A stretch of 61,344 nucleotides of DNA, counting the filler, from Leucoraja erinacea (Eukaryota): the NCBI RefSeq assembly GCF_028641065.1. It is 5 parts of 5 records of this genome, joined end to end, with 100 filler letters (N's around TTAATTAATTAA, not from the genome) between each part and the next. Parts side by side here need not be neighbours in the genome. Positions count along the whole stretch, not along the records: positions 25,408 to 38,370 come from NW_026576938.1; positions 38,471 to 54,453 come from NW_026576027.1; 3 more parts are not named here. The stretch is one strand, 5' to 3'. The notes beneath the pieces were generated by a model. That model saw only the letters and a list, made by a program, of their open reading frames with translations, was not told where the DNA came from and did no database searches. The translations under genes and the position numbers were made by a program. Shown piece by piece: positions 36,108-50,069 of this stretch. Position 1 is the stretch's first letter. Each line of letters begins with the position of its first letter.

Positions 36108-36320
36108 TGAAGGTAGACAAAAATGCTGGAGAAACTCAGCGGGTGAGGCAGCATCTGTGGAGCGAAGGAATAGGTGACGTTTTGGGTCGAGACCCTTCTT
36201 CAGACTGACCCGAAACGTCACCTATTCCTTCGCTCCATAGACGCTGCCTCACCCGCTGAGTTTCTCTAGCATTTTTGTCTACCTTTGATTTTTCCAGCAT
36301 CTGCAGTTCTTTCTTAAACA
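36108..36320. mobile_element. Hairpin-form Penelope-derived short element
   Basis: ~80-bp arms 36110-36188 and 36206-36285 are near-perfect reverse complements around a hammerhead core (minus strand 36176-36203, GAAA changed to AAAA). Confidence 0.8.
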
Positions 36321-36835
36321 TTCCCACTTGAGGTCAGATATGAAGAAGGATCTTTCTGATTTGTTATTTTTTCAGAATGCCCTGACATATCTGACTTAGC
36401 TGGCTTTACCTTGCACTAAACGTTATTCTCTTATCATGTATCTGTACAGTATAAAAGGCTTGATTGTAATCACGTATTGTCTTTCTGCTGACTGGATAGC
36501 ACGCAACAAAAGTATTTCACTGTGCCTCGATAAACTAGAATTGAACTTTGGAAAGGAGTGTGGGCCGAGCAACATGGGTGGGACACCAATTGATGCTGTT
36601 TTCAACCAAAGATAAACACAAAAAGCTGGAGTAACTCAGCGGGTCAGCCAACATCTATGGAGAAAAGGAATAGATGACTTTTCAGCTCAAGACTGTTATT
36701 CAGTTCCTTCTACTTTTTGGTTATTATTATTGCTGTTTCTGCAAGAATTGCGCAGTTTTGAATGAATACGTTTATTGGCCAAGTATTCACATACAAGGAA
36801 TTTGCCTTGGTGTTCCGCCTGCAAGTGACAACGTG

Positions 36836-37442
36836 ACATCAGCGCCTCTACTTCCTGAGAAGATTACGGAGAGTCGGATTGGCAAGGAATACTCTCTCTA
36901 ACTTCTACAGGTGCACAGTCGAGAGCATACTGACCGGTTGCATCGTGGCTTGGTTCAGCAATTTGAGCGCCCTGGAGAGGAAAAGGCTACAAAAAGTAGT
37001 AAACACTGCCCAGTCCATCATCGGCTCTGACTTTCCTTCCATCGAGGGGATTTATCGCAGTGGCTGCCTCAAAAAGGATGGCAGTATCATCAAAGACCCA
37101 CACCATCCTGGCCACACACTCATCTCCCTGCTACCTTCAGGTAGAAGGTACAGGAGCCTGAAGACTGCAACAACCAGGTTCAGGAATAGCTACTTCCCCA
37201 CAGCCATTAGTACATTAAACCTGGCTCGGACAAAACTCTGATTATTAATAACCACTTTCTGTTATTTGCACTTCATTTGTTATTTATTCATGTGTGTATA
37301 TATTTATATCATGGTATATGGACACATTTATCTGTTTTGTAGTAAATGCCTACTATGTTCTGTGTGCTGAAGCAAAGCAAGAATTTCGTTGTCCTATACA
37401 GGGACACGTGACAATAAACTCACTTGAACTTGGACTTGAGTT
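36836..37442 (+). mobile_element. Rex1/Babar-type LINE 3' fragment
   Basis: NFYRCTVESILTGCIVAWF…LLPSGRRYRSL…RFRNSYFPTAI; AATAAA and (CTTGAA)-like tail. Confidence 0.8.
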
Positions 37443-38177
37443 AAGAATGACACATTAAACATTAAACATTCATAATAAAACATTATCGATTAAACATGTG
37501 AAATAAATAAAATACCAGAGCAAAAGGAGGCTACAGGTTTTTGGTTATTGAGTAGAGCTCATTCAGCCATGATTTGAGTAGACTTGATGGGCCGAATGGC
37601 CTAAGTCGGCTCTTAAAAATAGCGGAGTTAGGAGATATGGGGAGAAGGCAGGAACGGGGTACTGATTGTGGATGATCAGCCTTGATCACATTGAATGGCG
37701 GTGCTGGCTCGAAGGACCGAATCGCCTACTCCTGCACCTATTGGGAGGTGCCTTGGGACAATCGCTTTGGTGCTCTGCCCACAAGTAACAACATGACATA
37801 CAGTGACAGTTACGAATGACTCAGAAAACACTACACATTAATAATAAAACATTAATGATAAAACACCATTGATCATGCATGTGAACCAACAAAATACCAG
37901 ATCAAAGGAGGCTACAGATTTTTGCCTGTTGAGTAGAGCTGTGGCAGCTTTGACAGTCCGGAGTCGCCTTCCAGAGGGAAGTGATTCAAAGAGTTTGTGG
38001 CCAGGGTGAGAGGGGTCAGAGATGATCTTGCCCGCTCGCTTCCTGGCCCATAGAGTGTACAGTATGCGCATATTGAACTGAACTGTTCAGTATGTTTGCT
38101 TACAATATTCGGTTGTGCTTCAGCAAGCAAGAATTTCATTGTCCTATCTGGGACACGTGACAATAAACTATTTATTT

Positions 38178-38312
38178 GTTGAAGAAGGAACTGCAGATGC
38201 TGGAAAATCGAAGGTAGACAAAAATGCTGGAGAAACTCAGCGGGTGCAGCAGCATCTATGGAGTGAAGGAGATAGGCAACGTTTCAGGCCGAAACCCTGC
38301 TTAAGACTGATG
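38178..38312 (-). mobile_element. Penelope-derived short element (degenerate hammerhead core)
   Basis: Same GAAGGAACTGCAGATGCTGG…CTCAGCGGGTGCAGCAGCATC…GCAACGTTTC…CCGAAACCC sequence as 58048-58180. Confidence 0.7.
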
Positions 38313-38370
38313 GGGGGGGGACTCTCCTGACTTGACATGACATATGATAATAAAAACTCTTCACTATTGA

Positions 38371-38470
38371 NNNNNNNNNNNNNNNNNNNNNNNNNNNNNN
38401 NNNNNNNNNNNNNNTTAATTAATTAANNNNNNNNNNNNNNNNNNNNNNNNNNNNNNNNNNNNNNNNNNNN
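38371..38470. other. Artificial contig spacer
   Basis: N44-TTAATTAATTAA-N44. Confidence 0.95.
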
Positions 38471-38946
38471 GGAGAGAGAGAATGNNNNNNNNNNNNNNNN
38501 NNNNNNNNNNNNNNNNNNNNNNNNNNNNNNNNNNNNNNNNNNNNNNNNNNNNNNNNNNNNNNNNNNNNNNNNNNNNNNNNNNNNNNNNNNNNNNNNNNNN
38601 NNNNNNNNNNNNNNNNNNNNNNNNNNGGGAGAGGAGAGGGAAGAAGGGATGGGGATGAGAAAATGAGGGACGGGGAGGAGAGGGAGGAGAGAGGGGAAGG
38701 GGGAAGAGAATTAGATGCAGAAGGAAGTCAGTGGGGAAAGATTGTGGAAAGGATAGTCATTGCGAGAAGACACAAGAATCCCGGCATAGAGCCAATCGGG
38801 AAAGCAGCGGGTGGTCCCTGGGACACAAAAGTGAAGAAAAAGGGGGGAGAGAGAAAGCTGAGACTCAAAAGAAGAGGAAGGGGCATAAGGACTGAGAGAA
38901 AAGCAAAAATTCCTGGGAATCGAGGATGGAAAAAATTAGGGAGACC

Positions 38947-39460
38947 ATGAAGAAAGGAGTATTCCTTACTGAAGGTAGAAGTCCGGAGCCCGGTGAGAAG
39001 GTGTGGTCAGCCTGAGAGTCCACGTTGGGATCGAGCCAGGTCTAGAGGGGAATGGAAGGAGGATCCTTGTTGCAGGAAACTGTATTGGGGAAGATTCAGA
39101 CGAGTTTCCCGAAGGACCCAGGGCGAATACAACGATGGAGGAAGGACAGAACCACCAAACTGGGCTGTAGTACTCGATAGCTGAGAGAATACCTTCAGTT
39201 TTGGGGAATGCAGCATACGCCAAGGAGGAGAATCTGGAAAGAATCTGAGAAGGGGATCTACCCTGGAAAAGATGGTGCGGAAAGGGAATGAGGGAGAGAT
39301 TCTCGGAGCAACGCTCAACAGAATGAAAAGAGAGCCGAGATGGCAAGTTTAAAAAGAACGGGAGGGATCTGGGGCGCAGTTTCCGACTGAAATAGGGAAA
39401 GCTACAGGATGCGGTATTGTTAGTCAACAAATGTTGGTAGAGGGAGATCAGCGGACCCGA
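38947..39460 (+). pseudogene. Error-rich copy of the type-B V segment (22823-23292); probably a low-quality read rather than a true pseudogene
   Basis: GGGAGACCATG, CCCGGTGAG donor, GTGTGGTCAG…CAGGTCTAGA…TTGTTGCAG intron, GGGGAAGATTCAG, GGAGGAAGGACAGA, TACTCGATAGCTGA all in order. Confidence 0.7.
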
Positions 39461-41299
39461 CGGAGATGAGGTACTATAAAGGGAATGAGAGGGAGGGCTC
39501 ACTACGAATGAGGAGCCCGGGGAAGCGCTTATGGAAGTCAAAATGATTAAGAAAACTCCCCAAGGGATGAAGAAGGGTTTCGGCCCGAAACGAGGCTATT
39601 GGGGGAGCTCATGAGATGAATACTGCAAGAAGATGGAAGTTCTAGACTTGCTTTGTGTAACAAGATCTACCAGAAAACTTTATGAGGAAATTCAATTACA
39701 GCACGTAAAATTCACAGAGCGGAGACTTACGTTTTCCCCCTCACTTTAGAATGTGGAAGTAATCGTAAAAGAAAAGGCGACAGAACCAGGAACCAATAAA
39801 AATAGACAAGACCGGAAAGAAGCGGGAGACGGTATATTTAACTGATATTCACAGTATGCCAAAATGTTAGCCTTCCAAACCTCCTGGTATTTTAAAAGGG
39901 ATACAGCTGCAACATTAGATAGTTTGCAATGAATGTGGAGAAAATAACGCCTTGATTTCGCACTGGAGACATTGATGGGAAAAGTTAGTAACACCAGTTG
40001 TTTAGAAGGTCAACGAGTGTTCAGGAATTTTCCCTAATCAGGACATGGGAACAGTCTGAAGGTCTGAGGAAAAAAGCTGGTTATTTGAGTCTGGGGGTGG
40101 ATAGGCCTTAGAGTGCTGCGGCTAGAAGAAGGGAAGAGAAAGGTAGGAGGGGTTGAACGAAGTGGGGGGAGCTGGGGGGAAGAGGTGTTCTACAGTGATA
40201 GGGGGCTTGAGTTCTTGCGAGAAGTCTCGAGATGTGATAGTCCTAAAGTCTAAGGTTGGGGTGATATGGTAGAAAGAGAAGGTACAGAGGGTCGGTGAAC
40301 TACATCTGTAGGAAAGGGGTCAGAACAGTAAAGAGCAAGTGCCAAGAAGGAGACGAGTGAGTTAGGATGCAGGTATAGAATCTGGATAGAAAGTTGATGG
40401 CAGATAGAGAAAAGTGTCGTGAGGGGAGAAGAAGGGGGGAGGTCCGCTCTCCGCATGAAGAGGAGAGGAAGCAGAGGAGGCGCATGGAGTGCTTCTTGAC
40501 TAGGGAGATGGTGTTGGGGGAAGTGGTATGTCTGATCAGACGGTGAGGCACTCCCAGGAGACTGGGAAGAGACAGAGGAAAGGAAGAATCAAAAAAAGGA
40601 TGAACCATCTCAGGGCGGGGGGGGTAGAAAAGAAAGAGAGACCTCAAAGAGCCAAAGAAGAGAGAGTAAATTAGAGTGGTGAGGAGAGGTCGGAAGGGAG
40701 GGAGAAAATGAGGGAGGAGAGAGAGGTAGAAGGAGAGAGAGGAGGAAAGGGAGGAGAGAAGGAGAAGAGAGGGGGGGGGTGGAAGCTGGAAGAAGGGGAT
40801 CTGAGACCTGTAAGTGAAAGACGAACAAGGAAGGGACTCTGAAGAGGGTGAGGGTGGTGGGGAGAAAGCCTTGAGAGAAGGAAGGAGGGAAGATAGTGTT
40901 TTGGAGAGAGGTAGAAGAACGTTGAGAAAATTTCCTTTACAAGGCTAGTAGAGGAAGAGAGCAGGTTGGAAATGGGTCTGTAGAGAGCTTGGCAAGGTGG
41001 GAGGAGAGACTAGGTTTTGTTCAGGAGAAGAGGAGAATGGAATGAAGAAGGCTAGTGGAGAGGGAGAGAAGAGAAGAGGAAAAAGCGTAGAGATCGGCGA
41101 GGATGGAGGAGAAGGAGGATAAAATGAGGACTTTAGGGAGAAGAGAAAGGGAGGGCCTCCTGGGCGGGCGGAGGGTTCGCAAGTCAAGGAGAGAGACGAG
41201 TGAAGGGGGGGAGTATGGAAGTGAAAATCGGATGAAGGTAAGGGGGAAGGTAGTCACAGACATGGCTGGAGGAGAGAAGGGAGGGAAAGGAGCGAGGGG

Positions 41300-44200
41300 G
41301 AGAGAGAGAAAAGGGAAGAAGGCACTCCGGGGGTAAGACAGATAGAGGGGAGATGCAACTCAAAGATAGAAGATAGCGGCCAGCTAGGAAGGGAGAAGAT
41401 ACGAGATAGATGGAGGATAGATAGAAGAAAGATAGGATGAAAATAGATAGATAGATAGGAGAGAATAGGGGGATAAAGAGAAGGAGCTGAAGGATTACAG
41501 AAGATAGCTAGAAGAGTGGAATAGATAGATGTAGATAGAGAAGAGAAGATAGGATTTAGAAAGATAGTAATCTAGATAATAGGAAGGAAAAAGAAGATAG
41601 GAAGGGAAGATAGAGAGGAAAGAATGAATAAGAGGGAGAGTGGGATAGAGTCCCTCTAGATAGACGAAGATGGATAGAGGATGGGGAGGGAAAGGGAGGA
41701 AGGAATAGGGGAGATAGCGAAGAGGAGATAAATGGGATAGAAGAGGGAGGGAATAGAAGAATAAATAGAGAAAGGAGAAAGAGGAAGATAGATAGATCGA
41801 TAGAATAGAAAGATAGATAGATAGAGATAGTGAAAAAGAAAAGATAAGGAAGAGGATAAGAGGGATAGAGAGTAGGACATGAGAAGAAAAGAGGAAGAGA
41901 AAGAGGAGCAAGATTCATAGAGGAGAGAACAGGAAAGGGGTGGAAAAGAAGAAGAATTGAAGAAAGAGTTAAAAGAGAAAGTAGTGGATTCAAGAGAAAA
42001 AGAAGGAGGAAAAGGGATAAAGAGAGAACCATATAAAATTATAAAAGAGAAGAGATGCGAGATAGAGAAAAAGGAGAGCAATGGAAAGATGAAGGTCGAA
42101 AGAGACCAGAAGGAGAGGGTGAGGAGATAAAGGGGAGGAGATGGTACTCCTGAGGAGAAAGAAAGAAAATAGAAACTAGGAGAGGGAGATAAAAGAAGAA
42201 AGGGAATTGAGGAAAAAAAGAAAGAAGTGTTATAGAAAGAACGAGAGCATTTAAGAGTGGATATAAGAGAGAGCTCCTAGAAATGAGGGAAGGTAGAAGG
42301 AAAGGGGAAAAGAGAATAAGGAAGGGTGAGAATGGGGAAGATCAGAGAGGAGAGAAAGGAATGGCGGGACTGGGAGAAAGGGAAAAATGGAGGATGAAGG
42401 AAATACTGGTTGATAAGGAGAGGATGAAGAGGGAGAGAAAGAAAGGAAGGGGGAGAAGAAAGAGGGAAAGAGAGAGGAACGAGATAAAAATGGAGGAGGA
42501 AGAATGAAGGAAGATTTGACAAATTCGATTGGGCTTTCTACGAGCCCCAATTCCATAATGGCGGCGGAAGAGAATTAAACAGAAGAAAGAAGGATTTCGG
42601 ATTTCAAAGGAAAATAGGAGAAGAAAATACAGTGGGAATAAAGAAGGAAAAGGAAAATGTAGGAAGAAGAAAAAAGGAGAGAAGGAAAAAGAAGAGGTGG
42701 ATGAAAGAAAAGGAAGGAAAAGACCTAGAAAAAGGGATAGAAAGATAAAACAATAAAAGTAGGAAATAAGAAGAAAGAGATAGAAGAGAGAAGAAAGCAA
42801 CAAATAGAAAAGAAAGGGAAAGAGTAGAGGTCTAAGAGAGTGAAAGAAAGAGAGAGAGACCGAGAGAGAAGAGAAAGGTGAAGAAATATCCCCAAATAAA
42901 GAGAAGAAGAGATGGGAGAAGAAAAATAGAGAATGTATTTAAGGAAGAGAAAAGGGGAGAAAAGAAAGGCAGGAAAAGAGGGATAAGAGTGAGGAGGAAA
43001 TTAAAAGAAATCGAAAGAAGAAAAAAGGAAAAGAAAGAGAAAGAAGGATATAGGAGAAGAGAAGAAAAGAGTCAGTGAAAAAAGAAGAAGTGGTGAAAAG
43101 AAGAAACGTATAAGAAGGAAGGAGTTGAAATGAAATATAAGAATTTAGGCAAGAATAAAAAAAGAAAAAGGTTAGAAAGAGTGAGGAGAGAAGAAAAAGT
43201 ACACTTGGTTGAATAATAGGGGAAAGTAGGATAAAAAGTGAAAAGAAAAAGTAAGAAAAAAGAGAAGAGGTCAGAAGTTGAGTGAGAAAAAGAGATAGGA
43301 AGAAAAATAAGAAGGAAAAGTAGATATAGAAAGAGAAAAGAAGAGTAGAAGGAAAGAAGAAATAGAGGAAAGAAAGAAAGAAAGAATAGAAATAATAAGA
43401 GAGTAATAATAGGAGGGAGATAGAATATGATAGATGGGAAAAGAGAAAGGAATGGAAAGGTAAAAGATGGAGATAGAAATGGAAGAAGAATAGATAGAGG
43501 AAAATAGAATGATGCGAAAAAAGGGGTTTAAAAGAAGATTGCAGAATTAAAAAGGAGATAGATAGAAAGAAGATAGATAGTAGATAAATAGAAATAGATA
43601 AAGATAGAGTATATAGAAAGGAGAAGAAAAGGGGAAAGAGTAGAAGGAGATGATAGAAGGAAAAATAGAAGAGCTAGTATAGAAAATAGAAGGATAAAAA
43701 TAGAAGAAGTAGATAGAGAGATAAAAAGAAGAGAAGGAAGGGGGGAGAGATAGAAAGAGAAGAAAAAAGAGAAGGGGGAGAAAGATAGGATAGATAGAGA
43801 TAGAAGGAATGAGAGAAGAGGAAAATGATAGATAGAAAGAAAGAGAGAGATAGAGAAAGAGAGAGAAAAAATAGAATGAATAGGAGAAAAAAATAGGACT
43901 AGAAAAGATAGAAAATAGATGATAGAAAGATAGAATAAAAGAAAGGAAAAGGGTTAAAAAAAAGAATGAGAGGATAGAAAAAATAAAGAAAGGAAAAAAT
44001 TAAGATAAAAGAAGGAAAATAAGAAGGAAAATGAAAAGAGGAGGAAAGAAATGAAAGAAAAAAAGAGTAGAAGAGTAAGAGGTAAAGAGTAAAGAAGTTA
44101 GAGAAGATGGAAAAAGAAAGAGAAGATAAGAGTAAAAGAAGAAAATAAAAGAAATAGAAGTAGAATTAAATAAAAAACCTAAGAAAAAAGGTAAGGAGAT

Positions 44201-44680
44201 AGATAAGAAAAAAATAATAAAAGGGGATGGTATTAAACCCCATTAGAGAGAGAAGGAAAGATAGGCAAGGAAAGGAGGAGAGAGAGAGCGAAGAGAAAAT
44301 AGGAGGAAGAATAGAGAAAGGAAAAGAGTTTTTAGAGGAAAAGAAGAAATAAAAAAAGAAGAGAGATAGATAGAAATAGAAGGAATGAGAGATAGAAAGA
44401 GACAAAAAAGACGGAATAGGAAGAAAGAAGAAGGAGAGAGATAAGAGGATATAGAAAGAGAGATAGAGAGATAGATAGAAAGATAGATAGAGAGAAAGAT
44501 AGATAGAGAGATAGATAGATATATAGATAGAGAGATAGATAGATAGAAAGATAGATAAAGAATTAGGATACGATAAAGGAAAAGGAAAAAACGATCCGAA
44601 CAGATGAGATAAACGAAAAAAAAAAAAAGAGGGAGGGCAGGTAAAAGCAGAAAAAACGGAAAAGCGATAAATTAGCATAA
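41300..44680 (+). repeat. Extreme polypurine (GA/GATA) low-complexity tract
   Basis: Almost only A and G with GATA units; corresponds to the (TC/TATC)-bordered gaps at 17.6-20.7 kb. Confidence 0.75.
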
Positions 44681-47600
44681 TGAGACGAGGCATTTCCTTG
44701 TCCATCACCAGTGGATTGAAGCTTCGAACAGATGTATAGCACTAGGAATAATCAGATTTCCTCTCATTCTCATTTGGCACAGGAACAAAAAATCAGATGG
44801 TTTCCGAATTCTGGCCTTAATCGCATTGTATGCACAAGGAAAAAAACGGGTCCCAAGTCAGCGGCAGAGAGTAACGGTGACCGTTTTACCTGGCGTTTTC
44901 TCATCAATACGCATATGTCTGGTGTCTATTCAATATCATTGAGCAGAGGGGACAGAGTCAAGTGTTCTAAACATTTTTGCTACCATCTCTACGCAAGCGT
45001 AATATATACGAACAAACATTGTACATGTCTAAAGCTATCTGCCTACATTCTGTACGACATTGGAATTGATAACATTCTGTACGCCAATAAGATGTGTTGT
45101 TATTATTATGTCGGTTCGGGCTTATACATCCTCCATAAATTTTTCCGCGCTTTCAATCGATCTTCTCTATCCCTGTGCACGCTCTAAACTCCTTCCTTTC
45201 TGTTACCGACTCCTATCCATCTTGGACATCTGTACGCGCAATACGTTTCTCTTACGCGATTCTGCTACCCGCATAAAATATCTCATTGATCTGAGGAGTT
45301 CAAGTGTGTGCTTGCCTACTAACTTTAGCTATCCCCGACATAAGGCTTAAGGTTTATCTGTGACAAAATGCTTGATAGTATTCACCGTACCCATTTTAGT
45401 GTCTGTTGTCTGTTTTGGAGGAGGAAAGGGAAGGAAGGAGAGGAAGAAAGATTTGATGTCCTGAACTCTCATCAAAAACAAGTGTACTTTCTAACCACAT
45501 CACGAGTGCCGTAGGTGATCTTAAACATAGGCACATTTTTAAAGGAACTAGGGAGCAGTAATAAGCGCATTCGCGTACGTTGAGTTCCTGGTCCCTTCAT
45601 GGCCATATTAATCATCGCTGATCATTCCATCTGCTCAGTCATACATCCCGTACACCGGCTTCTCTCCAAATGAGTTCCACTTGGCCATCGGTGCACGCTC
45701 TCGGAAAGAATCTCTTAAATCTGTACAATGCACTGTGAGTATTTCAATACATCCGTACGCGCTACATTATAAAGTCCAGAGATTTACAAGTTGTGTGTGT
45801 TTTTTTAGTTTATATCCCTGACTCTCGCTACCTGGGATCTAATTTAATTCCTACGAGCCTTGCTATACAAGACCAAACCAAAGCGCGGAAGACGGAATCT
45901 GGGGAAAAGGGGGAAAGTGGACAAAAGCGGGGAGAGGGGGGAGAAAGTCTTATATGGAATCATTGTTCTACACTCTCTAAACATCTTCGCTAAATCTTAG
46001 CCGGTCTAAATATTCACTCATCCTGTCTCTTCATAATCTAGTTGTTGGACGAGTTTTTACGCGTCTGAATAAACACTACTACACCCCCGAGTACCGCTCA
46101 ACCATTTCACTTCCTCTGATTGCAGAACAAAACGTACGGACTAAAGTGGTATAGGTTTCTAGGGCACTCAACATTGATCCACGACATACGTACAGCCGTT
46201 ACTAACGATCTGACCGTGGGGTTATCAGTCCGTTCTAAGGTGGGGCATACGGTACTTCGCAATCCCGCCACTTCACTGCTGGCTGTTGATAGGTTAATCT
46301 TGAGTTCCCTTACAGGAACCCATTGTTTTAAATTGTCTCAGTGAGTAGGGTTAGAGTTTCTAGGAGAAGTGATGGGAGTGGGAGAGGAGAGTGATAGCGG
46401 GTCGGAGGGTTCTTGGTGGAGAGGAGATTGGATTCAGTTCTCTAACATATCCTGACAGTTTTACTGCAGCTGGTTAACACATTTCCGTACATCTTACGAA
46501 CTCTAAACCGTAACTGTTTTTTCGCAGCGCTCGAACTGATTGATGAACAGCTGTACGCTGGGACTAAACAATCTCGGGGTACATAGTGTGAGAGGAGGCA
46601 ATTGACCTGTGTCACTAGCAACAATACATTACCTCATTAAATAATCATCACAACATCATGCACGCGTAAGAGAACATCTTCCCTCAATCTCACTTAACAG
46701 CGAGAACTAGGCCCCTGATATTATCACATGCCGTACCAAGAACGCGCTCCTAAACAACTTCAGACGTCTTGTATAATAATGCGATATAATTTCATGGGTG
46801 GAAGGATCAAGTGTGTGTTGCATACTTGATCTTGACATTCCCCACACACGCCGGCTGTAAAGTTATTAAGCTTGGGTTGTTCACGAACCCATTAGAGTGT
46901 TTGTTACTGCTTACAACTATTTATTAAGTGCTGCTGGATTAGTACTGCGTGCTGCACCCGCGAGTTAAACAGCATTTTGCGTAACCGTAGTATAACAGTC
47001 TTTTCTAAACATCTTTTCCGTTTAACATGTAACGTAATTCAATTTAACACAATGTCACTACATCTGAAATTGCCTCGTACATCTCACTACAATCTATTAT
47101 CCTGGAAACATCCAACAAAGCCCTGGGGGACCTGGGGCCAAGTCTCTCTGTGCTCTAGGCGGTGATCACATCTGTAGGCTGTGTCTAAACATCTGGACGT
47201 ACATGCTGTGTCGCAATCTAACTAATCTTTAAGACACTGTATATCGCCGTCTGTGTTTTTTTCTACATCTGTACGCGCTCTCAAGTTATCTTGCAATCAT
47301 CTGTAATAAATTAAACCTGGTTTGCACTAGTCTTGACCTCGTTTTCTAAACGATTCACTACTATGAGCACACTATAAAACATCTTCACTACTATGGGGCG
47401 TCTCACCTGAAACGCATGGATGCACTCCCCCAGCTGTGGCTGCTCTAAAACTGCTCGAGGTGCCATTGTGCAGTTATGCTGTTTTTTAAGAGCGAACTCT
47501 AGACAGTGATAGAGGAAGGGAGAGGCGTCCATATCTAAACGCAGGAGTCAGCCTTTAGAGTCAAGAGAGATCCAGTATTAGTCCAGTTAATGCATCTATC

Positions 47601-50069
47601 CATTCCCGACTGATGTTGCCGACCTCATGCTCCTGCGCCCCCCCCCTGTATATGAGGAAACATAGTTCTCTAGGTAAGGAGCTCACGCTCAATCTGAAAA
47701 ATGAAGTATTTCGAGCCTTCAACATTCTTTCATAATATTATGGATCCCAACTTAGTTTTCCTTTTCAGGGCACATGGCCCTAACACATTTAATAAAATAA
47801 ACCCATTTCTAAATATTTAAAATTTTAAACTCTCTGTACTCGTCTTAGGCCCTTTTTTCTCCCCTATTACAACCTCCCCGTCCGTTCATAGTTCTAAATT
47901 ATCTATGTGTTTGAAGTCTCCTTTCAAGTCGTATAAGAGGGGGAACCCCGTCACCATCTCTGTGATAGGTTCCATATTAACGATGGAATGGCTCATCTCG
48001 GAACTAAAATACTGGTTTTGTTTAATTGTGTGTAGGCTACCTTTATTAACAGGTGTTGGGTATTTCTAGCCTGGCATGTCCCGCAGAATTTGAACCTGTG
48101 ATTTGTAGTTAATGCAGGTAGGATGAGCCACTCATTAGTAAACCTGTGAGATACAGAAGGCGGTCTTCCCATTTGACACTTATAGAGTGAGGCTAACGGG
48201 GCCCTGAGCCTCATGAGTACAGAGTGAGTCCAGCTCTGGGGTTTTAGCCCAGTGCTTACGAGTGCTCCTGTTTGGCGTTCATTGAGAAAAGAGGAGGAAA
48301 AAGTTAGGCTTCAAGAAAATACAGCATAGGTGCAGGAGTAGGCCATTCGGCACTGTGAGCTGCACAGCATGGGGGCTGATCATGGCTATCAGAGTAAACT
48401 CAAGTGGATCCTACACCTGCTTCTCTCCATCCATGATGATAAGTGTAGCTAGCAAGGGGACCCAGCATTCATGTAGTATAGAGTGCTTACAATAGGGGGC
48501 GCTGAGGCATTCGTGAGTATAGAGTGATCCTTCTGGGGCTGAGCATCTCCAGAGATTCACCCTCTTGTGTGAGCGGGGTTGAGCATTTTGAGTATATAGT
48601 CCCCCCAGTCCAGGGGGCTGTGATAACCCCTTGTTCTGGACTTCCGCAACATCGGGGAACAATCATTCCTGCATCTAGCCTGTCCAACCCCTTTAAGAAT
48701 TTTGTACGTTTCTATAAGATCCCACTCCAAGATAGATAGATAGATTATCTAATATATATAGATAGCGTAGATATATGAGAGATAGATAATGATAGATAGA
48801 TAGATAGAGAGATAGATCCAACGAACAAAACTCCATGATTCCCAAACGTAACCCACCAGCGTATATATCTTCAATTTACCAATATTTATTCAGGTGAATA
48901 CAGATTTATATCATGGTATACGGATTTACACGGCTGATCTCTTTTTTGTAGTAATTCTCTACTATGTTCTGAAGAAACTGAAGCAGCAAGCCAACACCAA
49001 CAGTTTCCAAGGAATAGTATCTTCGTAGCTGTTATAAACTTTCTTTAATCTACCTCCCTGCAGGTTGGAAAGGATTTATGTTCGATCTTCCAACATACAT
49101 TCGTTCAGCCCTTTCATTGCTCTATGCGTTCCACACTATACCTTCACTCTGCGTTCCTTGCCTTTCAACTACACGCAAGCTGAGCTAATGATATCACCAA
49201 ATAGAGAGCGGTCCTGAGCTCCATTAACCGCGAAGGTAGACGCAAAAGCCTGGGAGTAACTTAGCGGGTGTATGCTGCAACTCCGGATAGAAGGAATGGG
49301 TGGACGTTCACCGCACCCTTACCGACCGCCTTCAATGTGATTTAGAATGAGAATTCGATCCTTTATTTGGATCATTATGATCATGGCTGATCATCCAAAA
49401 TCAGTATGACCGTCCTAGCCTTCTCACCATATCCCCTGCTATCCTTAGCAGCCCCCACCCCACCCCCCCCCCCCCCCCCCCCCCCCCTATCTAGTTTGAC
49501 AGCAACCAGAGAGAACCCTACCTGCTCCGCATCTGCGGCAAGAATTCCACAAAACTCACAATACAACGTCCGAGAAAAAAAAGTGTTTCGACCTGATCTC
49601 CGTTGCTAAATATCCTACCCCTTATTCTGAAACGATGGCTCCTGGTTCTGGGCTCCCCAACCAACGGAAAAAACATGTTGCCATGACCCTATAGCGGGTC
49701 CAAACCATTAATAATCCTATAGGGTTCAACCTGATTCCCTATCATCTTTCTGAATTTCAAGTGTACACGCCCAGCCGCTCCATTCTCTCAGCATATGACA
49801 GTCCCGTCATTCCGGGAATTAACCCTGTGAACCTACGACTGCGCTCCATCAATAGCTAAGAATGCTGATATAAACAGGGAATGAGGGATAGGTATTATGT
49901 TGGAGCAATGCAGATTAGTTTAATGTTGAGTATTGCTGCTCGGCCGCGGATAGTGTGAAGGGAGGTCTGTTCCTGAGATGTTTGCAGATCGATGTCATTT
50001 TGTTGGTGATTTGGTGTCGGCTTTCAGCTCATCGCATGTTATTTTTCGCTTTAAGTTTTTTTTTTTAAG

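Noticed and set aside
40600-44708. Hydrophobic F/L/S-rich minus-strand ORFs and E/K/R-rich plus-strand ORFs
   Set aside because: Translation products of low-complexity, error-rich polypurine sequence
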